From positions 212,536,001 to 212,600,000 of the forward strand of contig OX597814.1 of the NCBI GenBank assembly GCA_951406725.2: a stretch of DNA of 64,000 nt, given 5' to 3'. Positions 15,934 to 29,872 of this stretch are shown here, piece after piece. Origin of the DNA: Octopus vulgaris (Eukaryota). Under the pieces are notes generated by a model, which did no database searches, was not told where the DNA came from, and saw only the letters and a program-made list of their open reading frames with translations. Numbering within the stretch: the stretch's first letter is position 1; every line of letters begins with the position of its first letter. The position numbers were made by a program, and so were the translations under genes.

Positions 15934-17224
15934 TATGAGAGAGAGATTTTGCGTGTGTGCGTATGTTACTTATGCATTCCAAAACTAAGTTGACGACTTT
16001 GACGTATAGGATATGAAAAGATTTAGTACTATTTTTCCTTCCAACTAAACTTTATTTTCATTGACATATTTCCATTACAAAAATTAAAGATTATAATAAC
16101 TCAACTATCGTAAGCATTTTATACGACGACGACGACGATGACATTACATTTTCTCAATAAGTCTGTACCTTGAAAGACATCCTTCATTACGATACACATA
16201 TTCACACACTCACTCACTCTATCTATCTGTTTCTCTCTCAAGCACACATACACACACACAAACACACACATCCATTTCATATACACGTACATACATCTTG
16301 CATTTTCTACCCTCCCTATTTCTCGCTTTCAATTTCTGCTCTTTTCAATTTTCTTTCAAGTTCTGCTCTCTTTAATACATAAGGAAATTAATTTTTACGG
16401 AATAACAGTGAAACACAGAAAGAGAAAAAGGTAGAGAGACGTGAGAATGAAACAGAGACAGAAAACAAGTTTCTATGGGAAAAGTTGAAAGATGGATAGC
16501 AGGTGAGAGACAGGTGTTGATGTTTCCTACCCTTTGCATATTTATTATTTGAAAGTGAAAGTCAGCAGAAAATTTATACTGTATGTTTTATAGGGGAAGG
16601 TGAAAGAAAGCTGCACAAAGAGAGAGGGAAAGTGGGAGAGAATTAGACGCCGAGAGCCCCACAAAGGAGTTTGCGTTATAAAATTTTAAGGTAATTTTCA
16701 CTTTCGTCCCATGTTTCTTTCAAATTCTCATTACAATTTAAAGAGACCTTCTATTGTTAACACATTACAACTTCACTATATTTCTTTCTTTTGGAATTAA
16801 GAAAGGTATGCAAAAATAACTTCCTTTGGCATACACACATGTACAGAGTTAAAGTTCTGTATGATTTTATGCTATTTTTTGCTTTGCATTAAAGCGCAGC
16901 TCAAATCCTATGGAAATTACCTTTTCCAATTCTGCTATTCATGTTTGTGAAGAGCGTATTTCAAAACTTGATCTTCCATTTAAACTTACAAGGAAGTTAT
17001 CTCAGAAATCCTGTCCTTTACCTGTTGTTTCTAGCATGTCTGCGTTGACATTTGCGTAACTCCCCTCACACGTGCACACACGCACACATACACACATTTA
17101 TTTCTTTCGTCAATTTACTCGCATTCCTATGTTTTCTATACAGGAGATCTGCATCTTGCCTGAAAGCGGGTAGCTAATGGGTGGCCAAGTTGGGGGAAGG
17201 GGCATTCTGTATTTCTTTCAGAAA

Positions 17225-17458
17225 TAAGGCGGCGAGCTGGCAGAAACGTTAGCACGTCGGCCGAAATGCTTAGCGGTATTTCGTCTGCCGTTACGTTGTG
17301 AGTTCAAATTCCGCCGAGGTCGACTTTGCCTTTCATCCTTTCGGGGTCGATAAATTAAGTACCAATAACGCACTGGGGTCGATGTAATCGATTTAATCCC
17401 TTTGTCTGTCCTTGTTTGTCTCCTCTATGTTTAGCCCCTTGTGGGTAATAAAGAAATA
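17225..17458 (+). mobile_element. Full-length tRNA-derived SINE (family A) with 15-bp TSD
   Basis: GGCGGCGAGCTGGCAGAAACGTTAG...GAGTTCAAATTCC...GCCTTTCATCCTTTCGGGGTCGAT. TATTTCTTTCAGAAA occurs at both 17210-17224 and 17459-17473. Confidence 0.92.
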
Positions 17459-17973
17459 TATTTCTTTCAGAAAAATTAAATTTTCGAAAGCAAATTTTAT
17501 TTCGAAAACAAATTGTGTTTCTCACATTCGTAATCTCTGTATTTTTCCATGTGCAAAAATAGTTGAAAATTAGGAAATTTCGGCAGGGAGGGGGAAAAAT
17601 TATAATTTTGAAAACAAGATTTCTGGGCAAAATCATATTAACCCCTTTTTATTCCATGAAACAGCACATAGTTTGTGATCCTTCTTAGGAACATAAATCA
17701 CTTTCCTGCAAATTGTTCCCCTCACTTCACTTCTGGACAAACAAGAACTTCCATTATGCCAGTAATCCATTCCACTATATATCAGCTAGCAGAAAGCATT
17801 ACGTTTATCAAGACAAAACATAACCAAATCATTCAGAGTTTTCTGCTTCTTCTCATAATAACGATATATAAATTGGCATGAATTTTTCCACATCTTTTCA
17901 TTCCTTACTAAAAAATCAAATTATACAATGCACAAATTCAAACTTCTATATCTTCCATCATATATATTCCTTA

Positions 17974-18680
17974 ATGCCACCAAAACGAAGACATTCTCAT
18001 TTATCTCCACAAACAAGGGCAGCAAAGAAAACTGCCTCTTTTCGTGCTAAAGAAAACTGTAATATTTAAAAACGATCACCAGCGGCAGAAGTTCTGCTCT
18101 GCACTACATATATTGTCTGAGATGAATGTACGATGGCACAACGTTTGCACTAAAAGCCCTAAATAGATAACTAAGGGATATTAGGAACAATACTGTCGTA
18201 TTCTGGTGTGGGGTGCTAAACAGTTGTCCTTGCAGGAGATTTCCGTCAAATATCACCAGTCATACCACAGAGTACGCGACCTGACAACATCAATGTGTGT
18301 CTGAAGGTTTCTTCTCTGTGGAGGTTTGTTCGCCACCTTTCAGTAAGCAACAATACGCGAGCTCATCTCTACAACGACCCTTTAGCTGAAGAATTCTCTC
18401 ATCAAATTCTACAAATTGGAAATGGCGCCTTGCCATTGAATGACACCCTGCAACAGCATGTAATGCAATGTGGGCACATAGGCCGGGCTTAAAGGAAAGG
18501 TATTTCCCACATTGCAAGATACCTTCAAAAACATAGCATGGTTCACAGAGAGAGCTATTTGTGCACCTCGGAATGAGAGCGTTGATAAAGTAATCCATGA
18601 ACTCCTCCAAATTCTACTCGGAGAGGCTTCAACTTTTGTCTCCATTGATACTACCACCGACGAACATGCCACTATTGTTC
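17974..18680 (+). pseudogene. Helitron RepHel relic (PIF1-family helicase motifs), internally deleted and frameshifted
   Basis: Manual translation gives IV*DECTMA (about 18111-18137), VVLAGDFRQISPVIP (about 18223-18267) and ERAICAPRNESVDKV (ORF 18512). A basic N-terminus-like MPPKRR...RAAKK lies at 17974. Confidence 0.85.
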
Positions 18681-18684
18681 ATAT

Positions 18685-18699
18685 CATTATTAATATTAA

Positions 18700-18760
<61 letters not shown>

Positions 18761-18806
18761 GTTGTTGTTGTTATTGTTGTGGTTGTTGTTATTGTTATTA
18801 TTATTG

Positions 18807-18841
<35 letters not shown>

Positions 18842-18948
18842 GTTGTATTGTTGTTATTGTTATTATTATTGTTTTTATTATTATTATTATTATTATTGTT
18901 GTTGTTATTATTATTATTTTATTGTTATTATTATTGTTATTATTATTA

Positions 18949-18983
<35 letters not shown>

Positions 18984-19031
18984 ATTATTTTTATTATTGT
19001 TGTTATTATTATTATTTTATTGCTATTATTA

Positions 19032-19068
<37 letters not shown>

Positions 19069-19129
19069 CATTGTCATTATTACTATTGTTGGTGTAGTTG
19101 TTGTTATTATTATTTTATTGTTATTATTA

Positions 19130-19181
<52 letters not shown>

Positions 19182-19261
19182 CATTATTTTTATTATTGTT
19201 GTTGTTATTATTATTATTTTATTGTTATTATTCTAACAATGAAAGACAACTATCATTCAGA

Positions 19262-19310
<49 letters not shown>

Positions 19311-19395
19311 GTTATTATTATTATTATTGTTATTATCCGTATAATTTTTGAAGAAGCGGGTAGCATTTTGCTTAGCAGTTTCATATATAGAGAGA

Positions 19396-19443
<48 letters not shown>

Positions 19444-19529
19444 GAGTGAGAGAGCAGTTCATGCCATCAAAGTGACACTGGGGTAAAATATACGAAGCCC
19501 AATATACCCTGTTATTATTATTATTATTA

Positions 19530-19566
<37 letters not shown>

Positions 19567-19620
19567 CATTGTCATTATTACTATTGTTGGTGTAGTTGTT
19601 GTTGTTGTTGTTGCTTTGTT
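18685..19620. repeat. Long (TAT)n/(TGT)n trinucleotide array with embedded fragments
   Basis: Directly visible. It explains the poly-I/L/Y ORFs. Confidence 0.95.
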
Positions 19621-19977
19621 CAACGCAGGTGCATTTCAATGAATATTCAAAGCTGAAGTGAATGTGTTACTTCTTATTATCCAAAATTGCAAATAATCTG
19701 TTATTATACATGACTATTAATATTTTTCCTTCTAACAATGAAAGACAACTATCATTCAGATATAGTTTCATTTTACGTAATATTTCCGTATCATTTTAGT
19801 TTATAAAATCTTAGGTTCTCCAGGTGGAACTTCATTTATCTCGCTTTCTCTTCACCGTATAATTTTTTAACAAGCGGGTAGCATTTTGCTTAGCAGTTTC
19901 ATATATAGAGAGTTATAAATTATGTTGATAAGCTTTGGCAGCTGTTATTATGCTTTCTCCTACTTATCTATATATAC

Positions 19978-20051
<74 letters not shown>

Positions 20052-20304
20052 ATATACAAAAAATCTGAGAAATCAGAGAAAATTCTGATATAAGTGTATA
20101 TTGGCAGGGCAAGACTGCTAGGTAGTCAGCCGTATGCTAGAAATAGATCATCAACGATCAAACTACAAAGAAAGTTCTCTAGAGGAAAATTCAGCGAACA
20201 CCAGAACCAAATTTGGCGGGCAGGACAGATGAAAATTTATATAAAAAAACAGAATTAATTGCATACCACGGTTTCGGCCTTTAACAAAAGTATTACTTAC
20301 ATAA

Positions 20305-20416
<112 letters not shown>

Positions 20417-21022
20417 CCAATTAAGCAACAAGACATCAAGAGTTAATGCAGTACGACCGTTTCAAGCAGCGCCATTTAATTGAACACTGCAATCATTACA
20501 TCAAATTAAACTGCCCAAATAAATAGAATTTTAATCAGTCAAACTTTAACAGAGCAAGAAGATGGAAGGAATCCATGTTATCGCTGTTGTAGATAAGAAT
20601 ATATTATACTTCCAACAAAGGTGTGAAGTTTACTGGGGTCATAGCTTGTAAATGATTGTGGTTCATTTCAAATTTATTTGTCTTTTTATCAACTACTACA
20701 TCTAGGACTAGAGGACTGTGTCTATTTGGAATGAAGAATAAGAGTGAGTTGACAGCTCATGGCGAGGTATGGTCGTAAATATTGTCAAGATATTAGGAGT
20801 AGTAAATTGGGTATAAAGTATCTGTCCCTAAACGAGGCTGGGTTGAGGAAGACCCTAAATCATGATGTTAATTACCAGCTAAAGGTGCAAGACGCTAATG
20901 AAAACTATTATGTTAATACAGAGGCAATGTTATTATGGGTTCTATGTTTATAAACAATATTGTTATGTTGTATAAAGATAAAATTTAAGATAATCAGAAA
21001 TGGTATCATAACCAAAATACTT

Positions 21023-21117
<95 letters not shown>

Positions 21118-21132
21118 GTATGTATATCTTTA

Positions 21133-21480
21133 TCTCTATATATAAAACTGAAATGCGTTTTTACCGCTTGGATCGCTTTCAAGGCCACTACACCCCGTCT
21201 GATTCACTCCAAAATTTACAGGGACATGTAAAATGAGGTGACGATGCCCGTGGGCTACCTTAGAAATCCCTATCTTAAAAGGAGTCGTTGCTAGGGTCCA
21301 AAAACCCACTTTGACAAGTCCACTCTCGTTCTTTTACGTATATGTCTTCCTCACTCACTCACTCACACTATTTCCTCCATTCCCCTCTAACTCCCCTTCA
21401 GTTTCCCTTTATAAGTTCGTCAATCGGTGTTCTTTTATGTATCTGTCTGCATTCATAGAGAGAATTATCATCGCCACAAA
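21133..21480 (+). mobile_element. Possible non-autonomous Helitron-like repeat
   Basis: Starts TCTCTATATATAAAACTG after a TA/TG tract, followed by a leader resembling Helitron 5' ends (from memory). No 3' hairpin or CTAG was confirmed. Confidence 0.3.
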
Positions 21481-21874
21481 AAACACACGAGCATGAGAAC
21501 AAATATTATGAATCATATATTTCTTGCGTTCATTTATATATGTGTGTGTGTGTTCTATATATGAATATGTATATATAATGTATATAATACAAAGTGTATA
21601 TATCTGTATTTATCTATATTAAACTTTTTAATACTTTTTGATAGTTATATATATTTTTAAACAAATTATAAATATAATTTAATAATTTTTATTTTAAATT
21701 TAAATAATTTAAATTTTTCAATTTTATATTTTTATATATTTTCTATACTATATTTTTATTTTTATGTTTTTGTTTTTGGTTTTTCACTGTTTGATTTGTC
21801 TATTAGTGGTTTTATCTCTAATTTAATTTATACATATATATATAATTTGTATACATTTGTATATATAATGCGTG

Positions 21875-21907
<33 letters not shown>

Positions 21908-22975
21908 GTAGGGAATACGACCGTATGTTGAGGTTGGTGACATAGGTAAGTCACACGGTCGCATTCCTAGCGAAATAAGATAAGTCATTAATACAATTTT
22001 ATACAATGCAGTGCCAGCAGAATATAGATGAATTGACTACAAGGCCGTTCCACTGTTTGAGAGAGGATGAGATTTTATTTGCAATTGGTGTTAAGGTTAG
22101 AAGGTTGTGAGTGCTAGCGAGTGCGTGTGTGCGTGTGTGCATGCAACACGTGTTTGTGTCTGTGTGTTCGTGTGTGTCACATAGTAGGTACAATAAGGGT
22201 GAATGCGTGCGATACAGAAAGTACAGGGCATAGAGTTCATAATGGAGATTGATTTACTGTTCTGAGGTACACGAAGTGTAAGAGTTCGATATCAGGATGC
22301 TGTGTCTCGGGTGGAGGCCGGTCGGGCGAATTATTGTCGAGCCGCATTCGTGGTCTCAAATCGGCGAGCTGGTTCTCCTGATATAGATTTCTTCAGATGG
22401 ACTGTTTCTACTTGGTGAAGGCGTTCACTCTAATAGCGTGGTTCTGTGATGTTGGTGTGTACATGTCTGAAGTGGACGATGATGATGGCGACGGTAGCGG
22501 AGAGAGTAGACTTTCTGTTGCGGGTGTAAATTAGCGTCGTCGTGGCTGATCGTCTGTCGTCTGTGACTGGAACATGTTGATTAGCTCTGTGGTCAGAGGT
22601 TCAGTCCTCACAAGTACTGGAAACCAAAGACACTTGGTGAAAGGATTCACTCCATTATATACAACGAGCTTAAGAAATGGGAGGCTTTGATTGTTTGGCT
22701 TTGGCCAGTGGCGCGAAATAAGTAGAGACAAATCAGGCTACATGTCGACCAATCAGGTTAGTGGTTACAACAGGAACAACTCGGCCAAAGATGGCCGTAA
22801 TCTCAATCGAGATTATTCCTGCCGTGTTTCTCAAACAGTGAGGATATCAGAGACCGCTACAGAGCCCCACGCAAGACGTTCGAGTGAACGTAAGGCCCCT
22901 GAGAAATAATAATGGCTGCGTGTTTGAAAATGACGGGTCACCAGTGTAAAATACGACCGTATGTTAAGGTCGGTG
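21228..22975 (+). repeat. Left arm of large inverted repeat A (partner 37178-39404)
   Basis: Reverse complement of 37178-39404. Identical or near-identical ORFs on opposite strands: 21311/39136, 21999/38435, 22691/37246. Confidence 0.95.
21907..22975 (-). mobile_element. LTR-retroelement-like relic (repeated LTR 3' end plus PBS-like motif)
   Basis: AATACGACCGTATGTT(G/A)AGGT(T/C)GGTGA occurs at both ends (about 21914 and 22950). See the mirror copy at 37178-38712 for the PBS-like motif. Confidence 0.45.
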
Positions 22976-25900
22976 AAAATTTTCAAAAATTTTTAGTTTT
23001 TCGGTGAAAATTTCCAAAAATTTTTGGGTAAATTTTCGGTGAAAATTTTATATAAAACTGAAAACATTTTTTTTGGGTAAAATTTTCGGTGAAAATTTTC
23101 GAAACATTTTTGGGTAAAATTTTCGGTAAAACTTTTCGAAAAATTTTTGGGTAAAATTTTCGGTAAAAATTTTTGGTGAAAATTTTCGAAAAACTTTTCA
23201 ATGTAAAATTTTCGAGAACATTTTCGAAAATTTTAGGTAAAAACTTTCGAAAAATTTTTGGGCAAAATTTACGGTTAAATTCTTCGGCAAAGATTTTCCA
23301 AAAATTTTGGTGAAAATTTTCGAAAACTTTTCATAGGTAAAATTTTCGGTTAAATTTTTGGCATAAAGTTTCCAAAAACTTTCGGTGAAAATTTTCGAAA
23401 AATTTTTGGGTAAAATTTTCGGTGAAAGTTTTCGAAAAATTTTTGGGCAAAATTTTCGTTGGAAACTTTCGAAAAATTTTTAGCGTTTTCGGTTAAATTT
23501 TTGGTTTAAGAAAATTTTCGGTGAAAATTTTTGAAAAACTTTTGCAGTTTTCGAAAATTTTCGGGAAAAAAAATTTTCGGGTAAAATTTTTGGAGAAAAT
23601 TTTCGGTGAAAATTTTCGACAAAAATTTTAGGGTAAAATTTTCGGAAAATTTTCGAAAAATTTTTGGGTAAAATTTTCGGTGAAATTTTCGAAAAATTTT
23701 TGGGTTTAATTTTAGGGTAAAATTTTTGTGAAAATTTTCGAAATATTTTTGGGTAAAATTTTCGTTGAACATTTACGGCAAAAATTTTAGGGTAAAATTT
23801 TCGGTGAAAATTTTCGAATCATTTTAGGTAAAATTTTCAATGAACATTTTCGAAAAATTTTTGGGTAAAATTTTCGATAAAAAGTTTCGAAAAAACATTT
23901 GGGTAAAATTTTCGGTGAAAATTTTCGAAAAAATTTTAGAAAAATTTTTGGGCAAAATTTTCGAAAATTTCCGAAACATTTTTGGGTAAAATTTTCGGTA
24001 ATACTTTTTGAAAAATTAAAATTTTCGATGAAAATTTTCGAAACATTTTAGGTAAAATTTTTGGGCAAACTTTTCGGTGAAAACTTTTAGAAAAATTTTT
24101 GGGTAAAATATTCGTAGAATATTTTCGAAAAATTTTTGGGTAAAATTTTCGGTGAAAATTTTCGAAACGTTTTTCGATAAAATTTTCGGTGAACAATTTT
24201 CGGAAAATTTTGAGTAAAATTTTCGGTAAACATTTTCGAAAAATATTAGGGTAAAATTTTCTGTGAAAAGTTTCGAAAATTTTGCGTTAAATTTTTGGAG
24301 TGAAAATTTTCGAAAAATTTTTGGATAAAATTTTCGGTGAATATTTTCGAAAAAATTTTAGGGTAAACTCTCCTATTTTCGAAAAATATTCGGGTAATAT
24401 TTTTGGCGAAAATTTTCGGAAAATTTTTGGGTAAAATTTTTGGTGAAATTTTCGAAAAATTTTTGGGTAAAATTTTCGGGTAAAAAAATTTTCCAAAAAA
24501 TTTTCAGTGGTAAAATTTTCGAAAAATGTTTTCGGTTAAAATTTTGGTGAAAATTTTCGAAACATTTTTGGGTAAAATTTTCGGTAAAACTTTTAGAAAA
24601 ATTTTTGGCTAAAATTTTTGGTAAAAAGTTTCGAAAAATTTTGGGGGTAAAATTTTCAATGAAAATTTTCGAAACATTTTTTAGTTAAATTTTCGGTAAA
24701 ACTTTTAGAAAAATTTTTGGGCAAAATTTTCGATGAAATTTTCGAAAAATTTTTGGTTAAAATTTTGGATGAAAATTTTCGAAACATTTTTAGGTAAAAT
24801 TTTCGGAGAAAATTTTTGGGCAAACTTTTCGGTGAAACCTTTAGAAAAATTTTTGGGTAAAATGGTAGAATGGGTAAATTTTCGGTAAATTTTTCGGTAA
24901 ATTTTTGGTAAATATTTTCAGTGAAAATTTTCGAAACGTTTTTGGGTAAAATTTTCGATGAACATTTTCGAAAAATTTTTGGGTAAAATTTTCGGTGAAA
25001 GTTTCGAAAAATTTTGGGGTAAAATTTTCAATGAAAATTTTCGAAACATTTTTTAGTAAAATTTTCGGTAAAACTTTTACAAAAATTTTTGGGCAAACTT
25101 TTCGGTGAAACTTTTTGAAAAATTTTTGGGTAAAATATTCATAGACTATTTTCGAAAAGTTTTTGGTAAATATTTTCGGTGAAAATTTTCGAAACGTTTT
25201 GGGTAAAATTTTCGGTGAACATTTTCGAAAAATTTTTGTGTAAAATTTTCAGTGAAAATTTTCGAAAAAAATTTTTGCGTTAAATTTTTGGTGAAAATTT
25301 TCGAAAATTTTTGGATAAAACTTTCGGTGAACATTTTCGGCAAAAATTTTAGGGTAAAATTTTCCGTGAAAATTTTCGAATCATTTGTTGAAAATTTTAG
25401 GTAAAATTTTGAATGAACATTTTCGAAAAATTTTTGGGTAAAATTTTCGGTGAAAATTTTCGAAACATTTTTGGGTAAAATTTTCGGTAAAACTTTTAGA
25501 AAAATTTTTGGGTAAAATTTTCGGTAAAAAGTTTCGAAAAATTTTGGGGTAAAATTTTCAATGAAAATTTTCGAAACATTTTTTAGTAAAATTTTCGGTA
25601 AAACTTTTACAAAAATTTTTGGGCAAACTTTTCGGTGAAACTTTTAGAAAAATTTTTGGGTAAAATATTCATAGACTATTTTCGAAAGATTTTTGGTAAA
25701 TATTTTCGTTGAAAATTTTCGAAACGTTTTTGGGTAAAATTTTCGGTGAACATTTTCGAAAAATTTTTGGGTAAAATTTTCGGTGAAAATTTTCGAAAAA
25801 TTTTTGCGTTAAGAAAAATTTTTAGTAAAATTTTCGGTGAACATTTACGGCAAAAATTTTAGGGTAAAATTTTTGGAGAAAATTTCCGAATCATTTTAGG

Positions 25901-27223
25901 TAAAAATTTTCAATGAACATTTTCGAAAAATTTTTGGGAAAAAAATTTTCGGTGAAAATTTTAGACAAATTTTAGGGTAAAATTTTCGGAAAATTTTCGA
26001 AAAATTTTTGGGTAAAATTTTCGGTGAAATTTTCGAAAAATTTTTCGGTAAACTTTTCGATTTTTTGAAAATTTTCGAAGAATTTTTTTGTTGAAAATTT
26101 TCGTAAAATTTTTGAGTAAAATTTTCGATGAACATTTTCGAAAAATTTTTGGGTAAAATTTTTGGTGAAAATTTTCGAAAAAATTTTTGGGTAAAATTTT
26201 CGGTGAACATTTTCGACAAAAAGTTTAGGGTAAAATTTTCGGGAAATTTTCGGGTAAAATTTTCGGAAAATTTTCGAAATATTTTTGGGTAAAATTTTCG
26301 AAAAAATTTTTGGGTAAAATTTTCGTGTAAAAAATTTTCCAAAAATTTTTAGTGAAAATTTTCGAAAAATTTTTGTGTAAAGTTTTCGGTTAAAATTTTG
26401 GTGAAAATTTTCGAAAAATTTAAGCAAAATTTTCGGTGAAAAGTTTCGAAAAAATTTTTGGGTAAAAAAATTCGGTAAAAATTTTCGAAACATTTTTGGG
26501 TAAAATTTTCGGTAAAAAGTTTCGAAAAATTTGGGGGTAAAATTTTCAATGAAAATTTTCGAAACATTTTTTAGTAAAATTTTCGGTAAAACTTTTAGAA
26601 AAGTTTTTGGGCAAAATTTTCGATGAAATTTTCGAAAAATTTTTGGTTAAAATTTTGGATGAAAATTTTCGAAACATTTTTAGGTAAAATTATCGGAGAA
26701 AATTTTTGGGCAAACTTTTCGGTGAAACCTTTAGAAAAATTTTTGGGTAAAATATTCGTAGAATATTTTCGGTGAAAATTTTCGAAACGTTTTTGGGTAA
26801 AATTTTCGATGAACATTTTCGAAAAATTTTTGGGTAAAATTTTCGGTGAACATTTTCGAAACATTTTTGGGTAAAATTTTCCGTAAAATTTAGAAAATTT
26901 TTGGTTAAAATTTTCGGAGAAAATTTTCGAAACATTTTTGGGTAAAATTTTCGGAAAATGTTTTGGGTAAAATTTTCGGTGAACATTTTCGAAAAATCTT
27001 TTTGGGTAAAATTTTCGATGAAAATTTTCGAAAAATTTTTGGGTAAACTTTTCGTTGAAAATATTCGAAGAATTTTTGGTTGAAAATTTTCGTAAAAGTT
27101 TTGAGTAAAATTTTCGATGAACATTTTCGAAAAATTTTTGGGTAAAATTTTCGGTGAAACTTTTCGAAACATTTTCGGGTAAAATGTTCGGAAAAGTTTT
27201 GGGCAAAATTTTCGATGAACATT
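22971..27223 (-). repeat. AnTn satellite, block 1 (reverse orientation)
   Basis: Degenerate tandem GGTGAAAATTTTCGAAAAATTTTTGGGTAAAATTTTC, ~37 bp, built from ~12-bp subunits. Confidence 0.95.
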
Positions 27224-27633
27224 CTCAGTATATGTATAGAGATGTATGACGTTTATAGTCCATTTGGCGTCTATTTATAGCGTAGAGGCGTTGTCACTTC
27301 AGCGACCTTTATTATAATTACATTTTTTGTACTTATTCTTATATATATCTTCTATATATAAATTTTGGATTTTGAAAATTTAGAGCATATAGGCTTGAGG
27401 CTTCCTCGTCCTAGGTTTCTCTGCTGATGAGACACGCCAGTTGTATGCAAATTTAATTTAATTGAATTAATTTGTTTACAAGTTTGTCGAAACTATGCAT
27501 AGCCCAGAGACGAAAAGGGTAAATGTTTTTGTTTCTCGTCCAATTTCAGAATTACAACTATTTAGCGGTTTGAGTTTGGCTGCTCTTTCTAGTGAGTCAA
27601 ATGGCCTATCAGGGCCATTCCTTATATTGTTGA

Positions 27634-27636
<3 letters not shown>
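27224..27636 (+). mobile_element. Non-coding HHR-bearing element 'H' (~410-430 bp) ending in (TA)n
   Basis: Reverse copies at 29653-30080, 31179-31605 and 46076-46501, partial copies at 28267-28523 and 32561-32648. Contains a hammerhead core and runs into (TA)n. Confidence 0.8.
27418..27510 (+). ncRNA. Type I hammerhead ribozyme, long stem II, cleavage triplet mutated (GCC)
   Basis: TCTCTG-CTGATGA-[58-nt hairpin GACA...TGTC]-GAAA-CTATGCATAG-CC-CAGAGA. Other copies have TC at the cleavage position. Confidence 0.75.
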
Positions 27637-27680
<44 letters not shown>

Positions 27681-27699
27681 TGTATGTATGTATATATAT

Positions 27700-27756
<57 letters not shown>

Positions 27757-27757
27757 T
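27637..27757. repeat. (TA)n tract shared by two convergent HHR elements
   Basis: Directly visible. Confidence 0.9.
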
Positions 27758-28255
27758 AATAGTTATCGCCATACTAATATGGCATTCTTATAAAAATAAG
27801 AATAAAGCTGTCCGCTTATTAGCTCCATGAGGCCATCGCCTTAAGTTAGCTATTTGATACACAAACTGTATCCATATAACTTTCGAACAATGGAGGTCAG
27901 TCGCTCATCACACTATTTGACCGGCAGCTACAGACGCGTTTCGGGGTATTGTCCCTTTTCAATGCAGCGTAGCCAGACCAGTATGTGTCGCTTCTGACAA
28001 TCTCTGTTCGAAGGTTTTATTTACCTAGCTTCGGTGGAATACATCCACTTGTTTTCAATAATAGAAATATTAAAATTACTAAGTCTCTCTAAAAGAGAAC
28101 AACGGCAGCGTTCCCGGAAAATAATAGTTATCGCCATACTAATATGGCATTATTATAAAAATAAGAATAAAGCTGTCCGCTTATTAGCTCCATGAGGCCA
28201 TCGCCTTAAGTTAGCTATTTGATACACAAACTGTATCCATATAACCTTCGAACAA
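27756..28255 (-). mobile_element. Retrozyme-like or pseudo-LTR element: 365-bp monomer plus 135-bp direct repeat
   Basis: 27756-27890 is repeated at 28121-28255 (offset 365). One minimal HHR per monomer. No ORF. Confidence 0.7.
27927..27968 (-). ncRNA. Minimal type I hammerhead ribozyme, U3-A8 core variant
   Basis: Minus strand GCTGCA-TTGAAAA-GGG-ACAATAC-CCC-GAAA-CGCG-TC-TGTAGC: 6-bp stem I, 3-bp stem II, palindromic ACGCGT stem III, GUC site. Confidence 0.7.
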
Positions 28256-29544
28256 GTGAGGTTAAAATTCAATTAAATTAAATTTGCTTACAACTGGCGT
28301 GTCTCATCAGCAGAGAAACCTAGGACGAGGCTACAGCAAGGAAGCCTCAAAGCCTATATGCTCTAAATTTTCAAAATCCAAAATTTATATATAGAGAATA
28401 TATATATAAGAATAATTACAAAAATGTAATTATAATAAAGGTCGCTGAAGTGACAACGCATCTACGCTAGAAATAGACGCCAAATGGACTATAAACGTCA
28501 TACATCTCTATACATATACTGAGAATGTTCATCGAAAATTTTACTCAAAAATTTTCCGTAAATTATACCCAAAAATGTTTCGAATATTTTCACCGAAAAT
28601 ATTGCCCCAAAATTTTTCGAAAGTGTACACCGAAAATTTTACACAAAAATTTTTCGAAAATTTTACCCGAAAATGTTTCGAAAATTTTCACCTAAAATTT
28701 TGCCCAAAAATTTTTCGAAAGCTTTCACCGAAAATTTTACCCAAAAATTTTTCGAAAATGTTCATCGAAAATTTTAACCAAAAATTTTTCGAAAATTTTC
28801 AACAAAAATTCTTCAAATATTTTCAACGAAAAGTTTACCCAAAAATTTTTTCGAAAATTTTCATCCAAAATTTTACCCAAAAATGTTTCCAAAATTTTTA
28901 CCGAAAATTTTAACCAAAAAATTTTTCGAAACTTTTTACCGAAAATTTTACCCAAAAATTTTTTCGAAACTTTTAACCGAAAATTTAACCCAAAAATTTT
29001 TCGAAAATGTTCATTGAAAATTTTACCTAGAATTGATTCGAAAATTTTCACCGAAAATTTTACCCTAAAATTTTTGCCATAAATGTTCACCGAAAATTTT
29101 ACCCAAAAATTTTTCAAAAATTTCACCGAAAATTTTACCCAAAGATTTTCGAAAATTTTACCCAAAGATTTTCGAAAATTTTCGCCAAAAATTTTTACCC
29201 GAAAATTTTACCCGAAAATTTTTGTCGAAAATGTTCACCGAAAATTTTATACAAAAAAACTTTTCGAAAATTTTCTCCAAAAATTTTACCCTAAAATTTT
29301 TGCCGGAAATGAGGAATTACGGAAGGAGTTTCGTGAGACCACTGCAGAGACGCTTCCAGAAAGAGAAAAAACAAACAACTTCAGTAACTGTTGGAAAACT
29401 GATTATAGCAGTGACTCGATCAATTCCTAGCGATATCTGAAGAAGGAACTTTCATATTACGGAATATTATTATTATATCAGACTATGGATAATTAAATTG
29501 AAACGGTTATTATAGTTCACTCTGCATTGTTGTGCCATCCAAGA

Positions 29545-29594
<50 letters not shown>

Positions 29595-29778
29595 CATACA
29601 TATATGTATATATATATATATATACATATATATACATATATATATATATATACATTCAACAATATAAGGAATGGCCCTGATAGGCCATTTGACTCACTAG
29701 AAAGAGCAGCCAAACTCAAACCGCTAAATAGTTGTAATTCTGAAATTGGATGAGAAACAAAAACATTTACCCTTTTCG

Positions 29779-29872
29779 TCTCTGGACTATGCATAGTTTC
29801 GACAAACTTGTAAACAAATTAATTCAATCAAATTAAATTTGCTTACAACTGGCGTGTCTCATCAACCAGAGA
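29779..29872 (-). ncRNA. Long-stem-II hammerhead copy with altered core (gTTGATGA)
   Basis: Stems and GUC intact. Core has one extra G and C3>U. Confidence 0.6.
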
